From NCBI RefSeq assembly GCF_006345805.1, contig NC_043010.1:2728001-2792000 (forward strand): a stretch of 64,000 nucleotides of DNA, in the 5' to 3' direction. Position numbers and translations under genes: made by a program. The number at the start of each line of letters is the position of its first letter. Positions within the stretch are counted from its first letter, which is position 1. This stretch comes from Octopus sinensis (taxonomy: Eukaryota). Of the stretch, positions 40,608-54,452 are shown piece after piece. Below the pieces are notes generated by a model. The model did not search any database. It had not been told where the DNA came from and was given only the letters and a program-made list of their open reading frames with translations.

Positions 40608-41257
40608 CTGAATGAAATTTTGCAAAATGTTCTACCAAAATTCCAACTGAAGAAGACGAAAAAGAAAAAAAAACCCAAAACATGCACAGGCATGGCTGTG
40701 TGGTTAAGAAGCTTGCTTTGAAACCATGTGATTTTGGGTTCAGTTCCACTACGCAGCAAGCGTCTTCTACAATAGCCCCAGGTCTCCCAATGTCTTGTGA
40801 GTGAATTTGATTGACAGAAGCTTGTCATGTATATATATAAATATTTGTGTGTGTGTTCCTCCCATCGATTAACAGCCAATATTAGTTTGTCTCCTTCCTC
40901 GTAATTTAGCGATTCAGCAAAAGAACCGACAAAATAAATAGCAAACTTTAAAAAAAACAAAAAACAAGTACTGAGGTCGATGCCCCAGCATGGCCGTTAG
41001 TCCAATGATTGAGACAAGTAAACGATGAAAGATGCTCTTTTATACAAACCTAAAAACCTATGTATGTGTAAAGCTAACAAAAACAACAAACAAAAAAAAA
41101 CAAAACTCTCAGACCAAAGGATCCTTAAAAAATGTCATATTGGGATTCTTCCTCTCTTCACTGCGTAAAGGACTTATCCCAAAATTACGAACCTCATTGA
41201 ATAATTTTTGCCGAAGTAGACCACCATCAGAATCCGTTATCCCGTCACCCAATATGC

Positions 41258-41349
<92 letters not shown>

Positions 41350-41383
41350 ATACATATATATATATGTGTATATATATATACAC

Positions 41384-41429
<46 letters not shown>

Positions 41430-42550
41430 TATATATATATACACACACATACATACATATATATATATGTGTATATATATATACACACATACATACATAT
41501 ATATATATATGTATATATATATACACACACATACATACATATATATATATGTGTGTATATATATATATATATACGCACGCATACATACAAGAGATGTGCA
41601 AGAGTAATGCTATGCAATACTTCTTTATTTGCAAGTGCCTGACTACTTGGTTGAGAGATATTGTCTACTTTCCAATAAAAGGACTTTGTTTCTTGGTTTC
41701 AGATTGGTTCCCACCTTTTCACGACAATAAAAATACAAGTAGAAGAAAAAACTCGCACGCGCGCGCGACGTATGTTCATTCCTCGGGAAACCTACAAATT
41801 AAAGTATTGCTAAGACTCTCGCCCTTAAACACTAATATGTTTTCTCCAACGAAGACGTATTCACAAACACAGTTACGCGCACATGCAGACACGTTGTTCG
41901 TACAAAAATCCTTTCAAACAGTCTCATATATATATTTGCAGAGAGAGACACACAAGCACATAAGCTGCCATATATCACTACGTTTAGAAGAAAAATCAGA
42001 GATGCATACATAGAAAAAAAAAAATTTTTTTCTTAAGCATACTCAAACCCAAATCACGAAAAACAGTCCAACACAATATTAGAATTCCATTGACAAACAG
42101 TTTTTCTCTCTCTCTCTCGCTCTCTGTTTTCCTCTCTCTCACACACAATCACGCACGCACAATCTTAGTCACTCATCCAGACACCGAACGCACACACACA
42201 CTCATATAAAATAAAATGTACAGACACACACACACACACATATTTGCAAATCATGATAAAACTCAAAGCCCTCTACACCCATCTTGTATAGTACAAAGCA
42301 CAGCGCCAACCCTTGCATGTTCACGCATACTCGAGTACACACACACACACACACACACACAGGGCCACAAACTTATGATAAATATAAATTGTTAGAAAAC
42401 ACACACACACACTAAATAAATATATATGCAGACACACAAGTAGATATAAAATAATCAAAATACATAATAGACAAATGCTTTCGTTCACATTTCATACATG
42501 TAGCATGCATACATACACACATATACACACGCATACACACATATTTATGC

Positions 42551-42586
<36 letters not shown>

Positions 42587-42636
42587 GAACACATACATAT
42601 ATAAATTTATTTGTGTTTATATATATATATATATAT

Positions 42637-42686
<50 letters not shown>

Positions 42687-44913
42687 AAATATATAGATAG
42701 ACGTGTCCATACACTACACATAATACATACATATTTAAATACACACGCACACAGGTGCGTGTAGAAAGTCTTAGTCACGATGTTCAAACATTATAGATTA
42801 AGGATAGCATTTTTTTGTGTTGTTGTTAAGAAACCTATTCCATGAAAGGTGATAAAAATAAATTACTTTAAGAAACTCTAGCTTTCCCGAATTATCTATT
42901 TTAAGCTATAAATTATTAAATTTTCTCTTGTTATTTATCTTTATTTAGTTTTCCTCTCTCTTAGACAAACAAAAGAGAAAGCTTAAATATGGTTGATGGA
43001 CCTGGTAGAAATAGCAGCCAAATTTCCAGTCAGATAATAATCTCAGCATATTACTAATAGAAGGGCAAACTATGTTGTGGATCTTATACACCATGCTTTA
43101 AAAAAAAAGTTAGAGTGAGGTGGTCACGACTAGAATATTCTTGATTATACAGATCTGCTCAATCTGGGCTGGACTGAGGCTACTATTACTTGGTTGTCCG
43201 CTCAAGCAGAAATAGTAGCTAAGTTTCCTCTAACTCTCTTACAGAGAAGTACACATTGGATAATCCAGGATAAACTCCACCAGCAATATAGAAATAAAGA
43301 TGTGTTGTTCGTAGCTAGAATGGCTGTGTTTGGGTCTAATCTGACCTGGAGCGGAAGGGTTTTCTTTACGTAGGGCCGGGTGTACGCATAGTCGTATCGA
43401 TTGGATTTCGAGCATTGTAAACCGCAGAGTCAAAATAAATATTACATTATACAATCTTTATTATCAGCGTATCATTCCAGTGTGTGTTATGATTATTCGT
43501 ACAAACACAAGTAAAATATGTTTTGTTTCGCTGTGATATTAAACCCTCTAAGGCCTGCGATCTTTATATCTCATCAAAGTCCACGTGTTTCTCACTCCTA
43601 GGATGTCGAAATTAGGGAGAAGCTACTAATTAAAATGTAAACAAAATTGTGCCCGACACAACTTCTATGTTTAAGAGAGGGAAGAGAGCAATTATCCGTC
43701 GATTTGTAAAACCAGTACAACCGATCGGTCCTTATGGAACTGCCCAAAAGACCTTCGGAAGGATTTAATTTTGTAGTGAGATACTTTCGGATATAATTCC
43801 GTATATTTTTACCTATACAACATTTAGTTTCGTCATTCAATATTCGGATGGAAAGACTTCCGATCTCATGCAAATTTATAAGGTAGAAAGCTTATGAAAA
43901 GGACACAACATAGCCTTATGTAGTCCAGGATACATTTTTCCTGAAAAGAAAAGGCGTGTGTCAGATTTACGAATGAAAAAAACTAGATCCTTAGAGCTGC
44001 TCAAAGTCGGCTTCGGCCAAACAGCAAAAACGTAAGTTTACGAGTTAACGCAACCGCTTGACTTGCTGGAAATTTTAGCCTAATCTATCCCAAATCACAA
44101 ACTAAGAGTCTTTCGTGGTGTTTAGCCCACCCCTACACTTCTAGCCAGATTGGCCGTTTCCTTCCTTAAAAATAGCATACCTTCGATTGCTACCCTGTAC
44201 AGTTTGTCCCACTCGTCTCTACGCTCATGTTAATCCATAACTTTAATTCCATTAATGTTCGCAACCTTTTCAGTGACCCGTGACTCCCAACTCGCTCTAA
44301 GGTCTACCAAAAAAAATTTATATGACTATTAAATTCTAATGCTTTATTTCCGAGTTCTGAAATGGTTAAAAGGAAGAGTTGGCCTCGGTGAGATTTGAAC
44401 CCATAACGTTAACAACTGTAAGGCAATGTTCCGGTATAAGTACATGACGTGGTCATGAGTGTGTTTGACTGTCATACACTGTTACTGAAAGATAGCCCGA
44501 CCGTAACTATACTGCTGGCAGTCTATCCGACGCTCAACCGATTGTGCTAATCTACCACCAGTCTTTAAGACGAAAAATTAAAATAAAATTAAAAAGGTAA
44601 AAAAGCAATGAAAAGGAAAAACAGAAGATGATTCTATATAATAATTTAGATAAAAAAAAAGAAAGAAATGATAGTCAAAGCTGAAATGCCGTTTGATCCT
44701 AGCTCTATTTGATCCTAGCTGAACTGAGATTAAATAAGAACATAGGCATCGGGCTGGTATCTGCTTCGATTCAATCGAGTCCTTTTCTTTAAAAGAAAAG
44801 TAAAAAAATATGGAATTTTAACTCAAGGCCAAAAATTGGCTCGGCTGTATTTGAACTCACAATGACAGAGAAGAAAGTATCGTAACGCTCACCCGCCCAC
44901 TCACCCACACACA

Positions 44914-45937
44914 CACCACAAAAAAAAAATTATGAATGTTTTAAAAAATAAAACTACTAAATTAAAGCAGTAAAACCATAATTTCAAGAGTGACATGGAA
45001 TATTGTTATGGATAAGTTGCCTCCCTTGCACGAAGTAGCTTTCTCTTTTTCTTACAGTATTAAGATATTTTTTTGCCTGTAAGCCAAGTGGTTAAGGTAT
45101 TCAGCCCAAGATCGTAAATTCACGAGTTCGATAGTTGGCGGTGTCCTTGAGTAAGCCACTTTATTTTACGTTCGTCCACTCAACTCGACTGTCAAGAATG
45201 AGCTGTGCATGTATTGCAAAGGGCCAGCATTGTCACACACTGTGTCACACTAATTCTCCCCAAGAACTATGTTAGGGGTACACTTGTCAGTGGAGTGTTC
45301 AGCCACTTGCTCGTTAATTTCACGAGCAGGATGTTGTCGTAAGCGACACAGTACCAGAGTGAGTAGGGAATGTGTGCGTTATAATTAGAGACATTTTTCT
45401 CTCTCCTTATATATACATACACACACACACACACCACAAAAAAAAAATTATGAATGTTTTAAAAATAAAACTACTAAATTAAAGCAGTAAAACCATAATT
45501 TCAAGAGTGACATGGAATATTGTTATGGATAAGTTGCCTCCCTTGCACGAAGTAGCTTTCTCTTTTTCTTACAGTATTAAGATATTTTTTTGCCTGTAAG
45601 CCAAGTGGTTAAGGTATTCAGCCCAAGATCGTAAATTCACGAGTTCGATAGTTGGCGGTGTCCTTGAGTAAGCCACTTTATTTTACGTTCGTCCACTCAA
45701 CTCGACTGTCAAGAATGAGTTGTGCATGTATTGCAAAGGGCCAGCATTGTCACACACTGTGTTACGCTAATTCTCCCCAAGAACTACGTTAGGGGTACAC
45801 TTGTCAGTGGAGTGTTCAGCCACTTGCTCGTTCATTTCACGAGCAGGATGTTGTCGTAAGCAACACAGTACCAGAGTGAGTAGGGAATGTGTGCGTTATA
45901 ATTAGAGACATTTTTCTCTCTCCTTATATATACATAC
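44914..45937. repeat. Tandem duplication with a period of about 518 bp, bounded by (CA)n; each unit contains a tRNA-derived SINE
   Basis: 44914-45420 recurs at 45432-45937 with about 7 differences seen by eye (e.g. GAGCTG/GAGTTG, GTCACAC/GTTACGC, CTATGT/CTACGT, GCGAC/GCAAC). Confidence 0.92.
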
Positions 45938-46674
45938 ACCACACACACACACACACACACCGGGGTGTATGCATTGATGCAACGCACTTCAGAATTTTTC
46001 TGCTCAGGGTTGATAAAACATTCCATTCCTATGTTAGATAATACATATTATTATCTAATAAAGATTTCGATTTGTCATTATACTAATATGTATATATATA
46101 TATATAGAGTTCTTTTTTTTTTTTTGGAACAGTGGATATAGAAGCACATAAAGCTATAGATAACAGCTTGTAAATATTGGGCTAAAATACCCTAACAGAT
46201 AGAAAAATTCAAAGGCTTCATGTGGGACTTGAACTCATATCTCTTGAAAACATTCTACCATCACACCAAAGCAACCCTTTGAATTTATCTATTTTAGATA
46301 CTTTATTCTTATCAGTAAGGATTGTATGTTGATGAACATCATAAGAATTTATAAACTTTCGAGAGAATCATATCATGTTCTCTGAAAAGTTTAAAAGTTC
46401 TTATGACATCGGCAAATGCGTATGTATGTATGTAATAGCTGGGTTTTTTTTTTCAAACTTATGATATTGAAAGCACAACTATATTCAAATTTAATCAATT
46501 TTTATTAATGAATTTTCATTGTTCCTTATTAATATTTTATGCTAAAATTGGAACATTTCAAAATTTATGAGTCTTTTTTTATACTTCTCAGTCTCATCTT
46601 CTGGATGAAGTTGTCAGTGGCATTTGTCTTACTGGTGTATTTTTTTTATTGATCCATGAGTATAATGTAATTTA

Positions 46675-46729
<55 letters not shown>

Positions 46730-47082
46730 GTGTGTGTGTCTGTGTGTGTAAGTTTATGAAAATTCATAAACAATTAAACTTGGATGCAAGTGTAGTCTTC
46801 AATATTAAAGGGTTGAAATAAAGTTGTTTTCTATATGCATACATCTACACATACATACATAAATACGTGTGTATATCTATCGCTTAATCTTCCCTTCTTT
46901 CTCATTCTGTGTGTATATATATATATATATCTGATATGGCAATGCAGAAACATTGTCTGATCAGATTGGAGCCTGGTGAAGCTGCTGGCTCTCCAGACCT
47001 CAGTCGAACCGTCCAACCCATGCCAGCATGGAAAAACGGACGTTAAATGATGATGATGATTATATATATATATATATATATA

Positions 47083-47903
47083 GGCGAGAAATTGTCAGAA
47101 GGCCTCCAGGATAGCAAAACGACCCATGAATCACAACGAAAACAGCGAAGTTTGGAAGTAAGAGTTTGATGCTTTGGGGATACATAAAAAGTGATGGTTC
47201 AAAACAGTTAGTTAAAGTTGTTGGTAATTTGACTAGTGCCAAATACATCCAGTTGCTGAAGGACAATCTGATGCCAGACTTGGATGAAGGTGAGATCTTT
47301 CAGCATGACGTGCAATACAACAGTGTCTGGCTGATGAAGGTGTTGCCATATTGAAAGATTGGCCAGCTTAGAGCCATGACTTAAATATCATTGAGCAAAT
47401 TTGGACAGAACTAAAGAGAAGAGTTTGTCAGAAGAATCCACACAATCTTGAAGAGTTGCAGGAGTTCAGCCACAGAGAATAGCATCTCATACCTGTGAAG
47501 ATGGTGAAGGAATTGTACACATCTCTTCCCAGGCACATTGAAGCAATTATTCAAGCTAAGGGAAGCCACATAAAATATTAACAATGTACAGTAACTTCTT
47601 GAAATGAACATTATGTAATAAACTTTCATTTTAGACATTTTTCTGTTTTAAAACACTGTATCTTGGTTGGTTTATGTGAGGTAGCCAGAAACATTTGCCT
47701 GGCCATTTTTTTATGGTCGTCTTGCATCTTCCCCTCTCATTCAGAACCCCTGCTACAAAATATAATGATTAGGTATGGAAATGACTCCACCAGGGCCAAT
47801 GTTTCATCGGTAAAAAACGCAATGTAAAACATCCACTTACAAGTTGGCAGTTGCTGGGAATGTAGGATAGTTTAAAGTGGCCGAAGACTTTTGCATGGTA
47901 CTG
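47083..47903 (+). mobile_element. Tc1-family transposase pseudogene 3' half plus right TIR
   Basis: AKFGSKSLMLWGYI...KYIQLLKDNL...IFQHD...DWPA*SHDLNIIEQIWTELKRRV...LYTSLPRHIEAIIQAKGSHIKY*. The TIR (reverse complement CAGTACCATGCAAAAGTCTTCGGCCAC) ends at 47903 and is followed by TA. Confidence 0.9.
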
Positions 47904-48115
47904 TATATATGTGTGTATATATATATATATGCATATATATATAATATATATATATATTATATATATATATATATATATAATGTATGCATATATATTATAA
48001 ATGTATATATATATATATATATACATATGTGTATATATATATACATGTATGTGTATGTATATATATATATATATATGCATATATATATATATATATATGC
48101 ATATATATATATATA

Positions 48116-48187
<72 letters not shown>

Positions 48188-49219
48188 GATAGATATGTAC
48201 ACGTATCTTTCAAGCTCTACCTTATCCACACACATCTTTTGATCTGGATGTATACACACACACACACTTATATATATACGCATATATACATATATGTGTG
48301 TGCAATGGGTGGCAGTTTTATACAAATCGATCACTTTTTCTTTTGGTACTTTTTTTATTACACTTTGTTGTTTGTTTTTTGTTTCTGGTTATTTCTTGTA
48401 TTATTGTTTGTTTGGGGGATTTTTTTTTGTAAATTGTTAGATTTTTCTGAATTTTTACCTTGAGTAAATGACTTCTATTTCTTTTCTTCTCATCATTATC
48501 AGATGATGACGACGATGGTAAGGATGATGACAATCACGACTATATTTACCTGTCTACTATCCTATCTTACCTTAAATGTACCGTTATTAATTTTCACTAG
48601 CAGCAAGATATGAGAAATTTATTTTTCTATGGATATTTTTTTTTTCCTTCTTTTTTTTTGTCTCTTAAAGGAAATTGCTTTCTCTCCAAGAAATTCCTTT
48701 CTTCATCTCTTTTTTTCTTTCCTCCTCTGTTCTGCACATCATTCCTCTTAATAAAGTTACTTGCATCTTGCTTATAGTTCAATCATCACCACTTTTTCTA
48801 AAACTCTCTGCCACTAATTTTGTTTTTTTGTTTCTTTAACTATCTCTGAGTATCGTTTTTCTTCAGGTAGTTTTTAAATGATCTACCTTTTATAACTTCC
48901 CGTGATTGCTTCAAATAATTTTTGTCATTTTGATCAATGATAAAACTGCCATTTCACAACAGTTCAGCTGTAAGTATCACTAATATCGATTTCTGACACA
49001 GGCACAAGGCCTCAGATCTGCGTGTAGGAGTAGAGAGAGACAGAGAAATATTTGATTATATCAATACTAGCATTTATCTATCTTTTACTTGTTTCAGTTA
49101 TTTGAATGTGGCCATGCTGGGGCACCACTTTAAAGGCTTTAGTTGAACAAATCAACCCCAGTATCTACTTTTAAGTCTAGTAATCTGTCTCCCACTTTCA
49201 CTCTTTCTCCCTCTTTATA

Positions 49220-49250
<31 letters not shown>

Positions 49251-49304
49251 ATAACATCATCATCATCATTTAGCGTCTGCTTTCCATGCTAGCATGGGTT
49301 GGAC

Positions 49305-49335
<31 letters not shown>

Positions 49336-49668
49336 ATGCCAGCATAGAAAACAGACATTACATGATGATGATGATGATATCTCTGTGTGTCTATTTGTAT
49401 CTTTGTGTCTTGACATGGTGTGATAGTTGTCAATGATAAGCACTGTCATACAAGCAGTGTCGTTTATTTCCAATACTCTGCAGGAAAACATCTGGTCATG
49501 GGGGAAATATTACCTCGCTTGGAAACAGGAGGGGTTTAGTAACGAGAAAGACATTCAGGTGTAGAAAACCTGTCATAGTAAACCCCATCCGACTCATACA
49601 AGCATGGAAAAGTGGATGTTAAAATGGTGGTGATGATAATGGTGCATGCTTCTAAGTCATACTCACTT

Positions 49669-49704
<36 letters not shown>

Positions 49705-49888
49705 ATTTGGCTCAAAAGCAAATAGCAAGGCCATGTAGGGGGACATGGAGTTAAGTACAGGGTGGTGTTCATGTAAAGAGTTCAGGCCACTTGAGGTCCA
49801 GGGAGGCTTTGAACAAAGCGGTCGTCGGCATCTTCACCATCTCGTCTGGCAGCTTGTTCCACGGATCCGCAACCCGGACGGAGAAAGC
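49669..49888 (-). mobile_element. CR1-clade LINE 3' end
   Basis: FSVRVADPWNKLPDEMVKMPTTALFKASLDLKWPELFT* with (CTAA)n tail. Confidence 0.88.
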
Positions 49889-52176
49889 TTGTGTGTGACA
49901 GTTGGCTGTACCTTTTATGATTAACATCAGATGCAATGGTCTTAGTTAACATTATTTCTGTTACCATGTACTTGAGGCATATACATTACTATTTGTGTTA
50001 TGCATGCATCTAATTCATTTGCTCTTGCCTTTATCTTTATGCATGGACACATGCATGCACAAAAATGTGTACCATTCTAAATCTCTGTCTTTAACCTTTA
50101 GCATGCTTAGGCACATCTTGTCACTGCATGAGTTTTCTCCCCTGTAGTTGCAGGCACTTTGTGTTGCATTGAAAGGGGAGAAACCTCATATGGTAACATG
50201 ATGCACCTACAGCATGCTTAAGGTTAGAAGTGTTCCAACTAGGATCTAGTATTTTTGGAAAGAGTTCCAACAATGACCATCCTACATTCTGAAAGTGACC
50301 CCCATTTCCTCTTAAGCCAAAATGCTCCTTGTGTCAAAGTGTACACTCCCTTTTTTTGTTTATAAATAAAAATTAAATAATGTAGTACAGGATACACTAT
50401 GCCTGGAAAATAAAATATCTTCAATGGTCATAAATGGAGTGCCTTTGACCATCAATTTTTCTACGGAAATTGACAAGGACCTAAATAAAGTACAATAACA
50501 ATGGTTTTATGTATATTTAAGTATGTCTGTTTGTATGTATATATATATGTTTATGAGCACATATGTTTATGTGTGTGTTGTAGTCCCACAGACTACAAAA
50601 CATTATCCAAGGTGTCCTTAAAAAAAGAAACAAAGTAAAAATAAGAAGAGATGGTCATATATGGAGTATGGGAAGGTCACAGTTGGAACACTCAAAAGAA
50701 AAAAAAAAGTCAATGAAAAGGTGATCACAGTTAAAACACTTTAAAAAAGATTGAATTCTGAATTGGAATGTTTAAAACAAAAGAAAAAAGAAAGAAATAA
50801 ACGGGACAGTATCATCCTTAGCAAACTTTTGGAATTGCTGTCCTTGGCAAGTTGGATTTTCTCCATTTTCATGGGAATTTTTCAGTCTCTTTTTTTTTTT
50901 TTGCACCACACACTTTACAATGATGTGGGAGAAGCTTTTTCTAAAAAAAAATTGAATGTTGTTCCCACTTCTCACCCACCCTCTGCCCCCCCCCCCCCCC
51001 CATATCATGATAGCTTTTACCATTAAAAACAAGTTTTCCACCTCTTCTTGTATTCCATATTCTGAAAGCACATGTAATCAAATTTTTAGAGAGAAAAAAA
51101 AAATTTCAATCCATATATTTTAAACGTCTCACACAAACTAAAACTTACCTCCCCCATCCATCATCGTTTAACGTCTGCTTTCCAAGCTAGCATGGGTTGG
51201 ACTGTTCGACTGGGGTCTGGGAAGCCATGGAGGCTGCACCAGGCCGAGTCTGATCTGGCAGTGTTTCTACAGCTGGATGCCCTTCCTAACGCCAACCACT
51301 TCGTGAGTGTAGTGGGTGCTTTTTACGTGCCAGGCGAGGCTGGCAACAGCCACGATCGGTTGGTGCTTTTTACGTGCCACCAGCACGGAGGCCAGTTGAG
51401 GCGGCGCTGGCAACGGCCACATTCGGATGGTACTTTTATGTGCCACCAGCACTGAAATCATTGTATTGTATTCCACATTCTGAATCCTAGAATTCGCATT
51501 TAAAACAACAAAATATAGATTCTTGATTCCCCACTTTATCATGTCTCACAAAAAAAAAAAATATCTCTAAGACTATAATTTCAGACATTTAAAATGTAGA
51601 AAATAGTATTTATAATTGCAGTAAAGTATTAATAGGTCCATGAAAATCCCCTCTGTCTATTAGGGCAACAGCTTGTCACATCAGTATCTTGTCCTCAGTT
51701 TCTAGTTATTTTGGACTTGTGTGGGACATGAAATCACGGCTTGTTAAATTAAATTTGATGGACATTATACCAATGTAAATCAGGTAAGTGTTAATGTAGT
51801 CTTGTTTTTCTCTTACTTTAATGTTTACGCTGTATGGAAAAAAGGTTTTTACAGTATTGCAAATGTATAGAAGAAAAATGACAAAAATAAAACAACCAAA
51901 AAAAAATTCATAACAATTGAGAGAAGAACGACGAAAAATATGGAAGTCGAGTGTTTCACGATTTGGAAAACACGGAAATGTGTGAAAAACAAGCAAACAA
52001 TAAAATGAGTAAAAATAACGAAAAATAAATTTTAGTGGTGTTTACTGTTTTAGGAAGTGGTGGTGGTGGTGGGGGTGGTGGTGGGGGGCACATATAAATA
52101 TTACATGAATTGGATTTTTTCTTTTTCTCCAAAAATTTGGATTACGTGTTTCAAAATATGGAATATAATAACGATA

Positions 52177-52466
52177 CTACTTGAGAACACTGGTCCCGGT
52201 ACGCGCACTCACGTATTCGCGCACCCGCACAAGCTAGTCATGACTAGTCGATCCTTACTTTGTATTTTTTGTGTGTTATTTACTTTGTTTAAAAAATTAT
52301 TTACTTCGTGTTTTTTGTGTTTTATTTACTTTGTTTAACAAAAATGATTTATTTTGTGTTTTATTTACTTTGCTAAGTAGTCGTTGTAGGATCGACTAGT
52401 CACGACTAGCTTACGCGGATGCGCGACTACGCGAATGCGCGCACCGGGACCACTGTTCTAAAGTAG
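52177..52466. mobile_element. MITE with TIRs of about 80 bp flanked by TA
   Basis: Left TA|CTACTTGAGAACACTGGTCCCGGTACGCGC...CTAGTCATGACTAGTCGATCCT pairs with the right arm ending GTTCTAAAGTAG|TA. The T-rich interior has TTATTTACTTTG repeats. Confidence 0.8.
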
Positions 52467-53940
52467 TACCTATAATAACTAAGTGTTGGGGGTGAGGGGT
52501 TAATGGTGATGACTGTCGTGAAAGTACGACGAGTGGATTCAACGTTGAAAAAAATTACGGATTTAAATTAAAAAATTTTTTTATTCGAAAGGCTTTCCTC
52601 GACAGTTTGAGGTGCACGTTGAGGGGGGAAAAAAATGAAGAGGAAAATCCGATGTTGGACAGTTATTCCGGCTTCTGCTTTTAGGCACAAGACCAGCAAT
52701 TTTTAGTCGAAAGAGCTTTAGTGGACACCATCAATCTCAGTACTTGACTGATTTTATCGACTCTGTCGGAATGAAATATAAAAGTTGGCTTCTGCGGAAT
52801 TTCAACAAAATAAAAGAGAAATGTGGTTCTTTTCTTGTGTAAGAAGAGGGCATGAAAAGTGACCTCCCTTGCGATGTCAATGTATAGAAGATTCTCTGCT
52901 AAGATATAGAAGTGCACACACGCAAATACATTTGCGCTCGAACACACGCACCTGAGAGGGAAAAGTATTCAGTATATATTGCTGAGTAAATTATACGCAG
53001 CTATATATATTTCTTTACTACCCACAAGGGGCTAAACACAGAGGGGACAAACAAGGAGAGACAAAGACAGACAATGGGATTAAGTCGACTACATCGATCC
53101 CAGTGCGTAACTGGTACTTAAGTTATGAAAGGCAAAGTCGACCTCGGCGGAATTTGAACTCGGAACGTAACGACAGACGAAATACGGCTACGCATTTCGC
53201 CCGGCGTGCTAACGTTTCTGCCAGTTCGCCGCCTTCATACACAGCTATATATAAGTATATACATACATATGCATTTGCACGCTTACATACATATGGACAC
53301 ACATGCAACTCAATCATGTATTTAGGAACCCCAAAGAATTCTTGTCACTTTGTTAGCGATCAGCTTTAATTCCATTAAAAACTTCAATTAATCTCGAAGA
53401 GAAACATTGAGACGGGGGCATAGTTATACAAGTGTCCCGTAAATGCACATAATCATACAACCACCAATCTCAAGAACTGTCTTGACTGAAATCAAAAGAA
53501 ATTTCTGGAGGAACTTCAGTTCTGCAAAGCACAAGAACCCTACAATACGTTTGTCGATTCCTCACCCCTCTATTATGTGTGTATGTTCAAGTGCCGCTGG
53601 GGTCGACTTTGCCTTTCATCCTTTTGGGGTCGATAAAAACAAGTACCAGTTGAGCATTAGGGTCGACGTAATCGGTCTTATCCCCACCCCCGCAAAATTG
53701 CTGGCTTTGTGTTATAATGTGAAACATGTATGTATGCATGCATGTATATATGTATGTAGGTAGGTAAGTACGTGTATCTGTATTTATGTATGTATGTACA
53801 TATGAATATATTTATGCATGTACGTATCTATCTACCTATGTACGTACGTACCTATGTGTGTGTGTATGTGTGTGTATGTTTATGCAGCACGGCTTCTATT
53901 TCCTATTCCTTGTTATATCAAATAAAACTAAAATTCAATA

Positions 53941-54452
53941 GGTTAATGTTTTCAAGGAGGTCCGCACGGAAAAACCGATTTTTTTTTTTTTTTAATTTCT
54001 TTTTTTCAGCGAATTCCTATGTTTTCGATTACGGAGATTCCGAATTTGCCAAAAAAAAAAAAAAAAAAAACATGGAAAAATATGGAGATTAAGAATATGG
54101 AAAAGAAAAAAAAAATTAAATTCAAATTTTCTATGAGAAAACTCCAAAATCGATTCGTACAGCCCCCTCGTCACCCAATCCCACTGTCTAAAAGTGAAAA
54201 TGAACGGCTTGTGTGTGTGAGTGCGTGCGAATGGACAGAGAAAGTTTGCTTCTATCAGGACCGTTTACCTTTCAAGCGAAAAAGCAAAACCTACGTCTAC
54301 GACAGGTGTGTAAAATATATTTCGGTGCGCTTTCTCTGTACATATTCAGAACCTCTCCGTCATCGGAAACATATCGATCCGCTGAAAAAATAAGTTAAAA
54401 AAAAAAAAAAAGGTCGGGGTTTTCCGTGCGAATGTACTTGTAAACATTAACC
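53941..54452. mobile_element. Non-autonomous TIR element with imperfect TIRs of about 85 bp
   Basis: GGTTAATGTTTTCAAG..CGCACGGAAAAACCGA(T)n..TTTTTTCAGCG at the left matches the reverse complement of the right end ...CGCTGAAAAAA..(A)nGGTCGGGGTTTCCGTGCG..AAACATTAACC. Confidence 0.75.

Noticed and set aside
51021-51061. Minus-strand 41-nt exon candidate (EYGIQEEVENLFLM or IWNTRRGGKLVFN)
   Set aside because: The splice sites are plausible, but it could be chained to downstream candidates only by over-fitting, and it lies beyond the CpG-rich putative promoter zone.
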